From: an uncultured Actinomycetes bacterium
GTDB lineage: Bacteria > SZUA-79 > Acidulodesulfobacterales > Acidulodesulfobacteraceae
Reading direction: 5' to 3'
Length of the DNA: 64,000 bases
NCBI GenBank assembly: GCA_964631685.1
Contig: CAZVZU010000002.1
Span: forward strand, 160,001 to 224,000
Below, one piece after another: positions 11,462-20,980 of the stretch. The notes under the pieces were generated by a model that saw only the letters and a list, made by a program, of their open reading frames with translations, searched no databases and was not told the DNA's origin. The first letter of the stretch is position 1; each line of letters opens with the position of its first letter. The translations under genes and the position numbers were made by a program.

Positions 11462-11923
11462 TTACACATACTTCACTACAGAAATAAAAAACAGTATGGT
11501 CCCCACAACAACGGAGCTATCCGCAATATTAAAGCTTGGCCAATGATAATTGTAAAGATGAAAATCAAGAAAATCCACCACGTAGCCTTGAAGAACCCTG
11601 CTTAAAAGATTTGAAAACGCACCTGCTATTACCAAGGATAAAGATACTATGAATAAACCGGAATTAACTTTTAACCTAAACAAAATAAAGGTTACAAAGA
11701 TAATAATCAGGGCCGTTAATATTATAATAATGAGCGACGAATAACTATTCATAAGCCCAAAAGCAATGCCGGCATTATCAACATGGACTATGTTGAAATA
11801 ATACCTTATTACGGTTATCTTGTGAAATAAGGCTATATGGTTATCGGTTAAATATTTCAAATATTGATCGACAAACAAAATGGGAAGAAAAATAGAAATC
11901 AATATAGTCAATTTCTTTTTCAT
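11462..11923 (-). CDS. lspA: Lipoprotein signal peptidase II
   Basis: DQYLK, NAGIAFG, VVDF, FNIADS. Confidence 0.95.
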   Translation of the reverse strand: MKKKLTILISIFLPILFVDQYLKYLTDNHIALFHKITVIRYYFNIVHVDNAGIAFGLMNSYSSLIIIILTALIIIFVTFILFRLKVNSGLFIVSLSLVIAGAFSNLLSRVLQGYVVDFLDFHLYNYHWPSFNIADSSVVVGTILFFISVVKYV

Positions 11924-11937
11924 TTGCGTTGGTTCGG

Positions 11938-13158
11938 TTAAAGTGGTTTACTTGAATTATTTTTTTTGGAACAGCCTATTAACGCCTCAATACCAGGAAG
12001 CTTCTTTCCCTCTAAAAGCTCTAAGAACGCGCCTCCTCCAGTCGAAACATACGACATCTTGGCAAACTCTCCCGCCCTGTGCAAAGCAACATCAGTATCG
12101 CCTCCGCCTACGATTGTAAGGGCGTAGGCATTTGCCACACTTGAAACCAATGCAAATGTTCCTCTGCTAAAAGCATCGAATTCAAACACGCCCATTGGAC
12201 CGTTCCATACAATTGTCTTTGCATTTTGAATGGCCTCGGTAAAAAGGGTCACGGTTGCAGGACCTATATCTAGTGCCATCCAATCTTTTGAAATTTCCTG
12301 AACGGTAGTAACCTTGGTTTCTGCATCAGGAGCAAACTTATCAGCAATAACTACATCCACAGGAAGATAAAGCTTGATATTTTTTTCCTTCACTTTTTTG
12401 AGCGTTTTTTTTGCATATTCGATCATGTCATCTTCAACCATGGAACTGCCAATATCATATCCCATAGCCTTAAGGAAGGTATTGGACATAGCCCCACCTA
12501 TGATAAGTTTATCTACTTTATCGGCTAAATTTGACAATACCTCTATCTTCCCAGAAACCTTAGCCCCACCTACAATGGCAACAAACGGTTTCATCGGACT
12601 TTCTATCGCCCTCGTAAAATAATTCAGCTCTTTTCTTATCAGAAAACCAGCAGCGCAAGTCTTTACGAATTTTGTAACGGAAATATTAGAGGCGTGAGAC
12701 CTGTGGGCAGTAGCAAACGCATCATTGACATAAATATCACACAATGAAGCTAATTTCTTTCCAAATTCCTCATCATTTTTTGTTTCTTCAGAATAAAATC
12801 TTAGATTTTCTAACAGTATGACGTTGCCGTAAGATGATGATTTTACAGCGCTTTCTGCTAACTCACCGACACAATCACTTACAAATTTAACGTCTTTATC
12901 CAGTAACCTGCTTAATCTTTTCGCAACAACTATAAGCGAAAGCCCGGTAACCTTATTCCCCGTGGGCCTACCCATGTGAGACATTAAAACTACCTTTGCA
13001 TCTTCATCCAAGCAGTAATTGATAGTAGGAAGAACGGCCCTAATCCTTGTGTCATCGGCGATATTCCCGTTTTGGTCAAGTGGAACGTTAAAATCTACCC
13101 TTATAAGAACGGTTTTATTCGTTATGTCTATTTCGTCGATATAAACTATATTTTCCAT
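11938..13158 (-). CDS. pgk: Phosphoglycerate kinase
   Basis: RVDFNVP, LLENLRF, WNGPMGVFE, STGGGA; start ATG 13158 overlaps the gap stop (TAATG). Confidence 0.97.
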   Translation of the reverse strand: MENIVYIDEIDITNKTVLIRVDFNVPLDQNGNIADDTRIRAVLPTINYCLDEDAKVVLMSHMGRPTGNKVTGLSLIVVAKRLSRLLDKDVKFVSDCVGELAESAVKSSSYGNVILLENLRFYSEETKNDEEFGKKLASLCDIYVNDAFATAHRSHASNISVTKFVKTCAAGFLIRKELNYFTRAIESPMKPFVAIVGGAKVSGKIEVLSNLADKVDKLIIGGAMSNTFLKAMGYDIGSSMVEDDMIEYAKKTLKKVKEKNIKLYLPVDVVIADKFAPDAETKVTTVQEISKDWMALDIGPATVTLFTEAIQNAKTIVWNGPMGVFEFDAFSRGTFALVSSVANAYALTIVGGGDTDVALHRAGEFAKMSYVSTGGGAFLELLEGKKLPGIEALIGCSKKNNSSKPL

Positions 13159-14171
13159 TATCGCATCATCATAATCGTCATCTCGGCAAGCCTTGTGGAA
13201 TAGCCCCATTCATTGTCATACCACGACAAAACTTTAACCAAATCATCCCCTATAACCTTTGTGCTAAGAGAATCAACAATGGAAGAATATGGATTTCCTA
13301 CATAATCGATCGAAACTAATGCTTCCTTACTAAAAGCAAGAATTCCTCTCAAATATGTTTCAGATGCCTCTTCTAACTTAGAATTTACCTCTAAAACCGA
13401 GGTTTTCTTAGAAACCTTGCATACCAGATCATTAATAGAAACATCAGGCGTAGGCACCCTTAATGACATTCCGTCAAGTTTGCCCTTCAGTTCAGGTAAT
13501 ACATTGCAAACTGCCTTTGCGGCGCCGGTTGTTGTGGGAATAATGGACACCGAGGCTGCTCTTGCCCGCCTTAAATCTTTATGCGGCAAATCTAATATTC
13601 TCTGGTCATTCGTATAAGAGTGTACAGTTGTCATATTTCCCTTTTCTATTGTAAAATTTTCATGAATTACTTTGGCGACGGGAGCAAGGCAATTCGTAGT
13701 ACAAGATGCCATAGAGACAATAGAATGTTTATTTTTATCATAAATTTTATCGTTAACTCCAAGGACAATCGTAACATCAGAATCATTGGAAGGTGCTGAA
13801 ATCAAAACCTTTTTAGCTCCGGCTCTAAGATGTTTAGATGCATCGTCTCTTTTTATAAAAAGTCCTGTTGATTCAATAACCACATCAACGCCTAAGTGCT
13901 TCCATAAAAGCTCGGAAGGATCCTTTATCGCCGTAATTAAGGTCTCCCTGTCATCTGCAACAATATGATCAATATCGTAACCGACATAAAAATTTGCCTT
14001 ACCGTGAACCGAATCATATTTGAGGAGGTGGGCAAGCACTTGCGGATTGGTGATATCATTAATCGCGACCACGTCAATCCCTTCGCCCTTTGCTATCATG
14101 CCCTGTAATACCCTAAAAACATTTCTTCCTATTCTGCCAAATCCGTTTATAGCTATCCTTAAGTTTGCCAT
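13158..14171 (-). CDS. gap: Type I glyceraldehyde-3-phosphate dehydrogenase
   Basis: INGFGRIGR, ASCTTNCL, WYDNE; start at 14171 after GGAGG. Confidence 0.97.
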   Translation of the reverse strand: MANLRIAINGFGRIGRNVFRVLQGMIAKGEGIDVVAINDITNPQVLAHLLKYDSVHGKANFYVGYDIDHIVADDRETLITAIKDPSELLWKHLGVDVVIESTGLFIKRDDASKHLRAGAKKVLISAPSNDSDVTIVLGVNDKIYDKNKHSIVSMASCTTNCLAPVAKVIHENFTIEKGNMTTVHSYTNDQRILDLPHKDLRRARAASVSIIPTTTGAAKAVCNVLPELKGKLDGMSLRVPTPDVSINDLVCKVSKKTSVLEVNSKLEEASETYLRGILAFSKEALVSIDYVGNPYSSIVDSLSTKVIGDDLVKVLSWYDNEWGYSTRLAEMTIMMMR

Positions 14172-14506
14172 AAAACCTCCTTTATATCGTTCAGTAAACG
14201 TCAAACCATCAAGTAAACCGCGTGCCTTTCGTTTATTGCATTAAAAAACCGATACCATGCATATTTAAATTTAGGTTTTTAAATCCTTAAGCGCGGTTAA
14301 TTTATTCCAAACCTGATTGTCTGCCTTAGTCTCAAAATTTATTGAATTATTATATATTACAACCGCACACAATTACAATATATATTTATCCGCGCCTATC
14401 TAAATTCTTAACAATTCTGCAAAATTATGATAGAATATTGTTGGGTTTTCGGGCATCGCTGTGCTCACAAAAACGATGAATAAGTTAATTTTAGGTGGAG
14501 GCTTTT

Positions 14507-15172
14507 ATGTTTAATTATAAAGGACTTGCAGTAGAAAGATTTTGCCATGACAGCTTTATGGTAACCGACGGCAAGGTTAATTTGTACTTTGACCCGTTTA
14601 AACTACTCAATGCCAATCCCAAAGCGGATTACATTTTTGTATCCCATGAACATTTCGACCACTTTTCTATGGACGATATTCATAAAATAATAAAAGACTC
14701 TACCGTGCTATTTATGAATGAGATGACACACAAAGAGCTAGATTCTTTGCTTGATAATAAAGTTGTAATTATTGCACCAGGCAACTCAATGGATTTTAAA
14801 GACTTTCATATCGAAGGAGTTCCTGCGTATAACATAAATAAATTCAAAGAACCCGGCAAGGTTTATCATCCCAAAGAGGATAATAAACTCGGATTTATTG
14901 TAACATTTAACGGGATTAAGATATATCATATGGGTGACACAGACAACATACCGGAGATTGACAATTTGACTTCAAAAAACATTGATCTGTTGTTTATACC
15001 GGTCAGTGGCACTTATGTTATGACACCTCTCGAGGCGATAGGAGCGGCTGAAAAAATCGGGGCGAGTATATCTATCCCTATGCATTACGGGACCATAGTA
15101 GGCGACAAAACACAAGCGGAATATTTTAAGGAAGGTTGTAAAAAAAAGGGGTTAAGCTCCGTAATTATATAA
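14507..15172 (+). CDS. MBL-fold metallo-hydrolase (UPF0173-like)
   Basis: SHEHFDH, YHMGDT, IPMHYG; ATG 14507 after GGAGG. Confidence 0.85.
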   Translation: MFNYKGLAVERFCHDSFMVTDGKVNLYFDPFKLLNANPKADYIFVSHEHFDHFSMDDIHKIIKDSTVLFMNEMTHKELDSLLDNKVVIIAPGNSMDFKDFHIEGVPAYNINKFKEPGKVYHPKEDNKLGFIVTFNGIKIYHMGDTDNIPEIDNLTSKNIDLLFIPVSGTYVMTPLEAIGAAEKIGASISIPMHYGTIVGDKTQAEYFKEGCKKKGLSSVII

Positions 15173-15195
15173 CTTGGAAAGAGGAAAATTACCGT

Positions 15196-16146
15196 ATGAG
15201 CGGAAAAGAAAGCTATGTTCCGATAGTAATTGAAAGCCTGATTTTTGGCAAAAATTCAGATTATCCTCTCTATATAGGTTCGGGGTCAAGCTATATTCTT
15301 TATCGGTCAAAAGCCCTCATATTTTCTCAAAACGAGGCGCTAAGACTGAAAAATAACGGGGTTAAACATCTTTATATTCTAGAAAATGATAAAGAAAAAT
15401 ATGAAAACGATATAGCAGAACACATAGAAAATATAGTTGACTCAAAAAATCTAAGCTTAGAGGAAAAAGCCGTAAAAATTTATATCTATTCCAAGGTTTA
15501 CGCTGAATGCGTTTTGACAACCGGCAACCTTAAGGATAACAAAAAAAATATGAAAAAAACCATAGAAATTACGGTTGACTATCTTTTAATAAGCGAATTT
15601 GCATTTACGAAGCTTTTAAATCTCTCTGATTACGATTATAACGAAGTAGGTCACGGTATGAATGTCAGTATTTATGCTATTTCCTTGGCGACAAGACTCG
15701 GTTTCGCAAATAAGCTGTCTCTGTACGAAATTGGCCTTGCAGGACTACTGCACGATATCGGAAAATTAAAAATTCCAAAAACAATTATGCTAAAAAATAA
15801 GTTAAACGACGCAGAATTAAGTCAAATTAAAGCGCATCCCGTGTATTCTAGGGAAATTTTAATACAAAACAACATGGATAACGACGATATTATCAATGGC
15901 GTTATAGAACACCATGAGGCTTCGGACGGTAGTGGTTACCCATTCGGGAAAACGGAAGAGCATATCTCTACTTACGGAAAGATCTTGATAATTGCTAATA
16001 AATTTGACTCTTTGACCAGAAATAGGCCATACAGAATAAAACTAAACAAATATGATGCGTTAAATCAGATGGTTGTAAACAGCGCTCTTTACAACAATGC
16101 CTTCCTAAAAGAGTTTACATTGCTGATGTCAAAACAACCCGTTTGA
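15196..16146 (+). CDS. HD-GYP domain protein (putative cyclic dinucleotide phosphodiesterase)
   Basis: LLHDIGK, HHEASDGSGYP, RPYR. Confidence 0.85.
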   Translation: MSGKESYVPIVIESLIFGKNSDYPLYIGSGSSYILYRSKALIFSQNEALRLKNNGVKHLYILENDKEKYENDIAEHIENIVDSKNLSLEEKAVKIYIYSKVYAECVLTTGNLKDNKKNMKKTIEITVDYLLISEFAFTKLLNLSDYDYNEVGHGMNVSIYAISLATRLGFANKLSLYEIGLAGLLHDIGKLKIPKTIMLKNKLNDAELSQIKAHPVYSREILIQNNMDNDDIINGVIEHHEASDGSGYPFGKTEEHISTYGKILIIANKFDSLTRNRPYRIKLNKYDALNQMVVNSALYNNAFLKEFTLLMSKQPV

Positions 16147-16147
16147 A

Positions 16148-16234
16148 TGGTGCCGAAGGCCGGAATTGAACCGGCACGGATAATTATCCACCACCCCCTC
16201 AAGATGGCGTGTCTACCAATTCCACCACTTCGGC
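16148..16234 (-). tRNA. tRNA-Leu(GAG)
   Basis: GCCGAAGTGGTGGAATTGGTAGACACGCCATCTTGAGGGGGTGGTGGATAATTATCCGTGCCGGTTCAATTCCGGCCTTCGGCACCA: GAG anticodon, long variable arm, encoded CCA, downstream of secG as is common. Confidence 0.95.
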
Positions 16235-16276
16235 ATTTTAATAAAGAATCAATAATTCGATACAGGCTATTATTTA

Positions 16277-16621
16277 TTATTTAACCGCTTTTGATTGCTT
16301 CGCTAACGCCTTAGGTAGAGGAACGGTAATATTCTTAACCGCAGCAGATTGTTCCGTCTTCTTGAGATAGCTTTTAATTGAGATTGGGCTAACCTGCTTT
16401 GCCGAAATATAGGATATTAGAAATGCCGTTGCCATGAAAATAACGGCCAAAACAGCAGTGGCTTTAGTCAAAAAATTACCCGCACCGGAAGCTCCAAATA
16501 CAGTCTGCGAACTACCACCAAACACGGCGCCCATTTCTTGCCCTTTACCTTGTTGCATTAAAATAACAACGATCAAAAAAAAGGCAGAAACTATAAATAT
16601 AACCATCAGAAATTCCATCAT
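16277..16621 (-). CDS. secG: Preprotein translocase subunit SecG
   Basis: ILMQQGKG..MGAVFGG, FGASGAGNFLTKAT. Confidence 0.95.
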   Translation of the reverse strand: MMEFLMVIFIVSAFFLIVVILMQQGKGQEMGAVFGGSSQTVFGASGAGNFLTKATAVLAVIFMATAFLISYISAKQVSPISIKSYLKKTEQSAAVKNITVPLPKALAKQSKAVK

Positions 16622-16718
16622 AATTAGATTATATTAATAGAATATAAAATAAAAGTCAACCACATAATAATAAAAAATATCGCTTCTAAAAATATATTTT
16701 TTATTGTAGAATTTATGC

Positions 16719-17714
16719 ATGAAAAAAGAAATTCTTATCTACTTTTTTTACGGGAAAGATGATTTCAGGATCGCTAAAGAGATAAATCGAATAAAATATA
16801 GCGTGTTAAAAAAAGAGCAGGTGGATTTTAATTTCGACAACCTTGTATCACCTTCTATAGATGAATTTCTGGATACAAGTAATGTTTATCCGGTCTTGTC
16901 AGAGAGAAGGGTTATATGCATAGATGATTTTGACGGTTATTTTCTTAATAATGCGGATCTACTCAATTACTTAGATTCTCCGTCTCCTACGTCAATAATA
17001 ATATTCTACGACCGAAACTTAAAAATTAATTTAAATAACAAATTTTTCAAAAAATTAAAAGGCAAGGATTATTTTAAACTGTCCAAAATTCGGCCTTTAT
17101 ACGACAATGAGCTTTTCCCTTATATTAAAAATTTATCTAAAGAAAAAGATATAAAAATTTCTGACGAATCAATATACTATATCGTTAGATATACGGGCAA
17201 TAACACTGCAATCATTGATAATGAGCTTGATAAAATAGCATCTGGAATTAAACCTGAAAATAGATCTAAGGTACTGTCCGTTAGCGAATTAAAACCGTTT
17301 CTTTCTTTCTCAAAAACATTTAGTATTTTTGACCTTATCGATAAAATCCTTGACAAGGATGCAAGGAGAGCGTTTTCAATATTTAGCGCTATTTACGACG
17401 ATGGGGAAAAACCAATAAAAATCGCACCAATGTTATACAATGAGATAAGAAAACTGCACAGAGCAAAACTGCAGGAGTCCGCGGGAATAAACATGGAAAC
17501 TATCTTGCAAGTAAATTCAATCTTGCCCTTTCTGAAAAACAAATTCCTAAGAAACCTGTCGCTATTTTCAATACGCGAGCTTAAAAAAATGATGGAACTG
17601 CTTGAAGAAGTAGACATTAAACTCAAGACAACAGCCTACCCGCACAACCTAATATTCGAAGAATTTATATTTAAACTTAACCTTTTAGATAATCCTCGAA
17701 ATAGGTGTGCTTAA
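16719..17714 (+). CDS. holA: DNA polymerase III delta subunit
   Basis: YFFYGKD, NELDKI, SIFDLID, DIKLKT; convergent with rpsT. Confidence 0.85.
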   Translation: MKKEILIYFFYGKDDFRIAKEINRIKYSVLKKEQVDFNFDNLVSPSIDEFLDTSNVYPVLSERRVICIDDFDGYFLNNADLLNYLDSPSPTSIIIFYDRNLKINLNNKFFKKLKGKDYFKLSKIRPLYDNELFPYIKNLSKEKDIKISDESIYYIVRYTGNNTAIIDNELDKIASGIKPENRSKVLSVSELKPFLSFSKTFSIFDLIDKILDKDARRAFSIFSAIYDDGEKPIKIAPMLYNEIRKLHRAKLQESAGINMETILQVNSILPFLKNKFLRNLSLFSIRELKKMMELLEEVDIKLKTTAYPHNLIFEEFIFKLNLLDNPRNRCA

Positions 17715-17720
17715 CTAACC

Positions 17721-17984
17721 TTATTTGACTGCGTTATGAAGTTTAGATAGCGCGGAAACTTTCCTAGAAGCATTATTCTTATGAATCACCCTTTTAGATG
17801 CTAGGTGCATGATATAAGACACATTTAGCTTAAAAAGAGTAGTTGCCGTTTCCTTATCATTCTGAGATACGGCCACCTTAAATTTTTTGATATTGGTCTT
17901 CATCTTTGAGATGCTACTTGTGTTGCGCAATGTTCTTTTTTTTGTTTGTCTTGCTCTTTTTTTAGCCGATTCGTGGTTTGCCAT
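17721..17984 (-). CDS. rpsT: 30S ribosomal protein S20
   Basis: MANHESAKKRARQ, IHKNNASRKVS. Confidence 0.97.
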   Translation of the reverse strand: MANHESAKKRARQTKKRTLRNTSSISKMKTNIKKFKVAVSQNDKETATTLFKLNVSYIMHLASKRVIHKNNASRKVSALSKLHNAVK

Positions 17985-18086
17985 AATATTTACCCCTTAA
18001 TTTTATAATTAATCCCTCTACAACAGTAACTTTTGATTCTAACAAACTTTTTATTTAAAAGCAAACAAAAATATGCCCTGTCTCAC

Positions 18087-18365
18087 CTAATCACCAGAGG
18101 ATATGCAGGTTACGAAATGTTTACTTGAAATATCCTTCATTATATTGTCAAAGTCGTTACTGAACACCTCAACCGAAACATCGAAGAGACCTGTAATAAT
18201 ATCTTTTATCTCCTTATCTGTTTTATTGCCGTCGCATAATGATAAAATATTAAAAGAAACCTCGTTTAATCTGTATATATCGCCTGCATCTGTATTAAAA
18301 AGCATATAACCGTTTTCATCGCTGCGCAGACTAAACTTTTCATCAAGTTTATATATTTTAGTCAT
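18087..18365 (-). CDS. PqqD-family (RiPP recognition element) protein
   Basis: LFNTDAGDIYRLNEVSFNILSLCDG..T..EI pattern; 92 aa; directly after a radical SAM/SPASM gene. Confidence 0.8.
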   Translation of the reverse strand: MTKIYKLDEKFSLRSDENGYMLFNTDAGDIYRLNEVSFNILSLCDGNKTDKEIKDIITGLFDVSVEVFSNDFDNIMKDISSKHFVTCISSGD

Positions 18366-18381
18366 ATAAATATCTCATAAA

Positions 18382-19443
18382 TTAAATCCAACACTGAGGA
18401 TCTTTTGAATTAAAACTGCCATTACAGTAGTAACTTATTGCCTTGCACCCTCCACATCTTTCAAAGTGAGAACACTCTAAGCATTCCTTGGATAAATTAT
18501 TTTTTTTCCTCATTTCCCATAATATTTCAGAAGTGTACCATATCTTAAACAATCCGTCATCTATAATATTTCCAAGGGGTAAATAAAGTCGTCTGCATGG
18601 AAGAAGCGTTCCGTCATGAAGGATACAAATTGAGGACAAACCGACAGGACAGTGCCCGCCGCTATTTTCATCTATTAAATTCCACAACGGTCTTGACGTT
18701 GCCAGCTTCGTCTTTCTATCCAAGAAAACCTCCTTGGATTTAGCATAAACATCACCGTAGACCTTATTCAAAACACTAGGCTGTATAAAAAATTCATTCT
18801 TTTCAGCCTCACTCATGGTCGTCATTCTTTCAATAGTTAGCCTATCGACATTGAGCTTGTAAGCCAAATTCGGCATACTAACTGCTGACTCAATATTTTT
18901 ATTGTTAAGGGTAAACATTATAGAAACTTTCAACCCTGCCGATTTTAACTTCTTAACCGAATTTATTGTCTTTAAAAAAGTTCCTTCACCTCTAATGGCA
19001 TCATGTATTTTAGCATCCGCGCCATCAATTGATATCTGTATTTCAGTTATTTTTTTATATTTCTTGATTTTGGCTATCAGGCCATCGTCTATTAATGTCC
19101 CGTTGGATAAGATAGTAATCTCTTTAAAATTTGGTGAATTTTCAATGAGATCTGCCAGGTAAAATAAAGCAGATGGCTTTAAGAACGGTTCGCCTCCCGT
19201 CAATGAGATTACTCCCTTGGTATTCCATTTAGACATTGCTTCGTCAAGCCTCGAGAAAATCAATCCAAGACGCTCCATATCAGGCTCCTTAAAAACATAA
19301 CCATCCTGATAACAGTGGATGCATCTCAAATTGCAACTTTCAATAAAGTGCCACTGGATATAAAATTCATTTTCTTCTTTACTTGAATATTCGTCCATTT
19401 CCTTAATGATTGAGCCTTGCTGTTTAGCTTGTAAATATGCCAA
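18382..19443 (-). CDS. Radical SAM/SPASM domain protein (peptide-maturase-like)
   Basis: QWH..CNLRCIHC, TGGEP, SPASM cysteines CPVG...PC...CLEC.....CGGC...DPQCW. Confidence 0.88.
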   Translation of the reverse strand: MAYLQAKQQGSIIKEMDEYSSKEENEFYIQWHFIESCNLRCIHCYQDGYVFKEPDMERLGLIFSRLDEAMSKWNTKGVISLTGGEPFLKPSALFYLADLIENSPNFKEITILSNGTLIDDGLIAKIKKYKKITEIQISIDGADAKIHDAIRGEGTFLKTINSVKKLKSAGLKVSIMFTLNNKNIESAVSMPNLAYKLNVDRLTIERMTTMSEAEKNEFFIQPSVLNKVYGDVYAKSKEVFLDRKTKLATSRPLWNLIDENSGGHCPVGLSSICILHDGTLLPCRRLYLPLGNIIDDGLFKIWYTSEILWEMRKKNNLSKECLECSHFERCGGCKAISYYCNGSFNSKDPQCWI

Positions 19444-19457
19444 AACGCACTATTATT

Positions 19458-20033
19458 TCATTCCTCTTGCATCTCTTGTAATTTTATTATTGCATCCGAA
19501 GCCTCTTTTAAATCTGAAACATAGAAATCAGGAATAATATTTTTATCATGTTCGTACATGGTATTTTTTAAATAAAATGACTTTAAGCCGGAATTTTTTG
19601 CCAAAAGAATATCGCTGTCCTTATCGCCAACCATAAATGATCTACTTATATCAATGCCGAATTTTTCCGCACTGTCGGTCACCATTCCCGTATCTGGTTT
19701 TCTACAGGAACAACCGATATTGTAAGGCTTAACCATACCATCTTTATGATGAGGGCAAAAATACAAATCATCTATCGCAATATTGTTATCTTCATAAATC
19801 CCCATCAATCGCTTATGCACTTTTTCTAAATCATTTACTGTAAATAAACCCTTGGCAATCCCCGCCTGATTTGTAACTATTATGAGTAAAAACCCGACTT
19901 TCTTTAAATTTTTTAACGCTGTAACGGTATTAGGCAGTAAAACTATATCATCTGGATTCTTTAAATAACCTACATCTTTGATTAAAACGCCGTCCCTATC
20001 CAAAAACACACATTTATTCATATATTCCGCCAA
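19458..20033 (-). CDS. gmhB: D,D-heptose 1,7-bisphosphate phosphatase (HAD IIIA)
   Basis: FLDRDGV, TNQAGI, CPHH, CSCRKP, VGDKDSD. Confidence 0.9.
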   Translation of the reverse strand: MAEYMNKCVFLDRDGVLIKDVGYLKNPDDIVLLPNTVTALKNLKKVGFLLIIVTNQAGIAKGLFTVNDLEKVHKRLMGIYEDNNIAIDDLYFCPHHKDGMVKPYNIGCSCRKPDTGMVTDSAEKFGIDISRSFMVGDKDSDILLAKNSGLKSFYLKNTMYEHDKNIIPDFYVSDLKEASDAIIKLQEMQEE

Positions 20034-20035
20034 TT

Positions 20036-20980
20036 TTATTTATTGATATCGGGTCTTGTTCTCCACCTATTGTGGATCCAGAACCACTGCTCAGGATACT
20101 CCTTAATTATGCCTTCTATTTCCTCATTGAATATTTTTAATATTTTCATCATATCAGACTTTCTATCTCCCGTATATTGTATATCAAGGGGTTTTCTTAT
20201 TATTAACCTATGTTTTTTAAAATTGCCATTCCTATCGTTAAGACGAACCATGAAAGCCGGAACGACCGGGACCCTCATCTTCGCAGCAATGTTAGCCATA
20301 CCCGACATAGTGCAGGCCTTAACGCCGAAAAAATCTACAAATACACCTATTCGTTTAGAAGCGTTCTCATCGGGCAAAAACCCCACTATCTCCTTTCTAT
20401 TTAATGCCGAAATTATATTTTTAACAGCATTTTCCCTATTATATATCACCTTATCACCCGACTTCACTCTCAGACTATAAAGAATGTTTTCTATATACGG
20501 GTTATCTAATGGTCTTACCAAAAGACTGCCGAGGTAACCTTTCAACGCAAATGTTTTTGCCAGAAGTTCCCAATTGCCAAAGTGGGCGGTTAAAAGAAGT
20601 ATTCCTTGTTTTTTATAAATATCTTCTAGCACACTGAAATTTGACTCCACAAAATCATCTATATTTGCCTCTTCGTACTTGTTTAATCTGAAAATCTCTA
20701 CAAAAACCATACCGAGATTTTTATAGAAATCAATACATATATTAATCAACTCCGTTTCATTTTTATCCGGAAAAGCAATACCGAGATTTTTTATAGTACC
20801 TTTTGCATGTTTCTTATCTGCCCTATAAAATATTATACCCAAAATCCTACCTAATTGTAACGCAAAGTCAATCGGAATAAGATTAATAAAAAGATAAAAA
20901 ACATAAACTATCGCAAACTCAATGTATAATAAAATTCTGTTCTTTTTCATATTTTTTGTAGTTATCATAAATAAATTCAA
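20036..20980 (-). CDS. lpxL: Lipid A late acyltransferase (LpxL/HtrB family); true start may be ATG 20950
   Basis: AHFGNWE, PEQWFWIHNRWRT. Confidence 0.88.
   Translation of the reverse strand: MNLFMITTKNMKKNRILLYIEFAIVYVFYLFINLIPIDFALQLGRILGIIFYRADKKHAKGTIKNLGIAFPDKNETELINICIDFYKNLGMVFVEIFRLNKYEEANIDDFVESNFSVLEDIYKKQGILLLTAHFGNWELLAKTFALKGYLGSLLVRPLDNPYIENILYSLRVKSGDKVIYNRENAVKNIISALNRKEIVGFLPDENASKRIGVFVDFFGVKACTMSGMANIAAKMRVPVVPAFMVRLNDRNGNFKKHRLIIRKPLDIQYTGDRKSDMMKILKIFNEEIEGIIKEYPEQWFWIHNRWRTRPDINK

Noticed and set aside
14449..14466. GG-N10-GC spacing upstream of the MBL gene as a sigma54 promoter
   Set aside because: Poor match to TGGCAC/TTGC; better explained as a small hairpin or chance.
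14245..16234. MBL + HD-GYP pair abutting the 3' end of tRNA-Leu as a possible integrated islet
   Set aside because: No duplicated tRNA 3' end (att site) and no integrase seen.
17985..18086. RiPP precursor ORF downstream of PqqD
   Set aside because: No credible ORF with an RBS; the region looks like the rpsT promoter.
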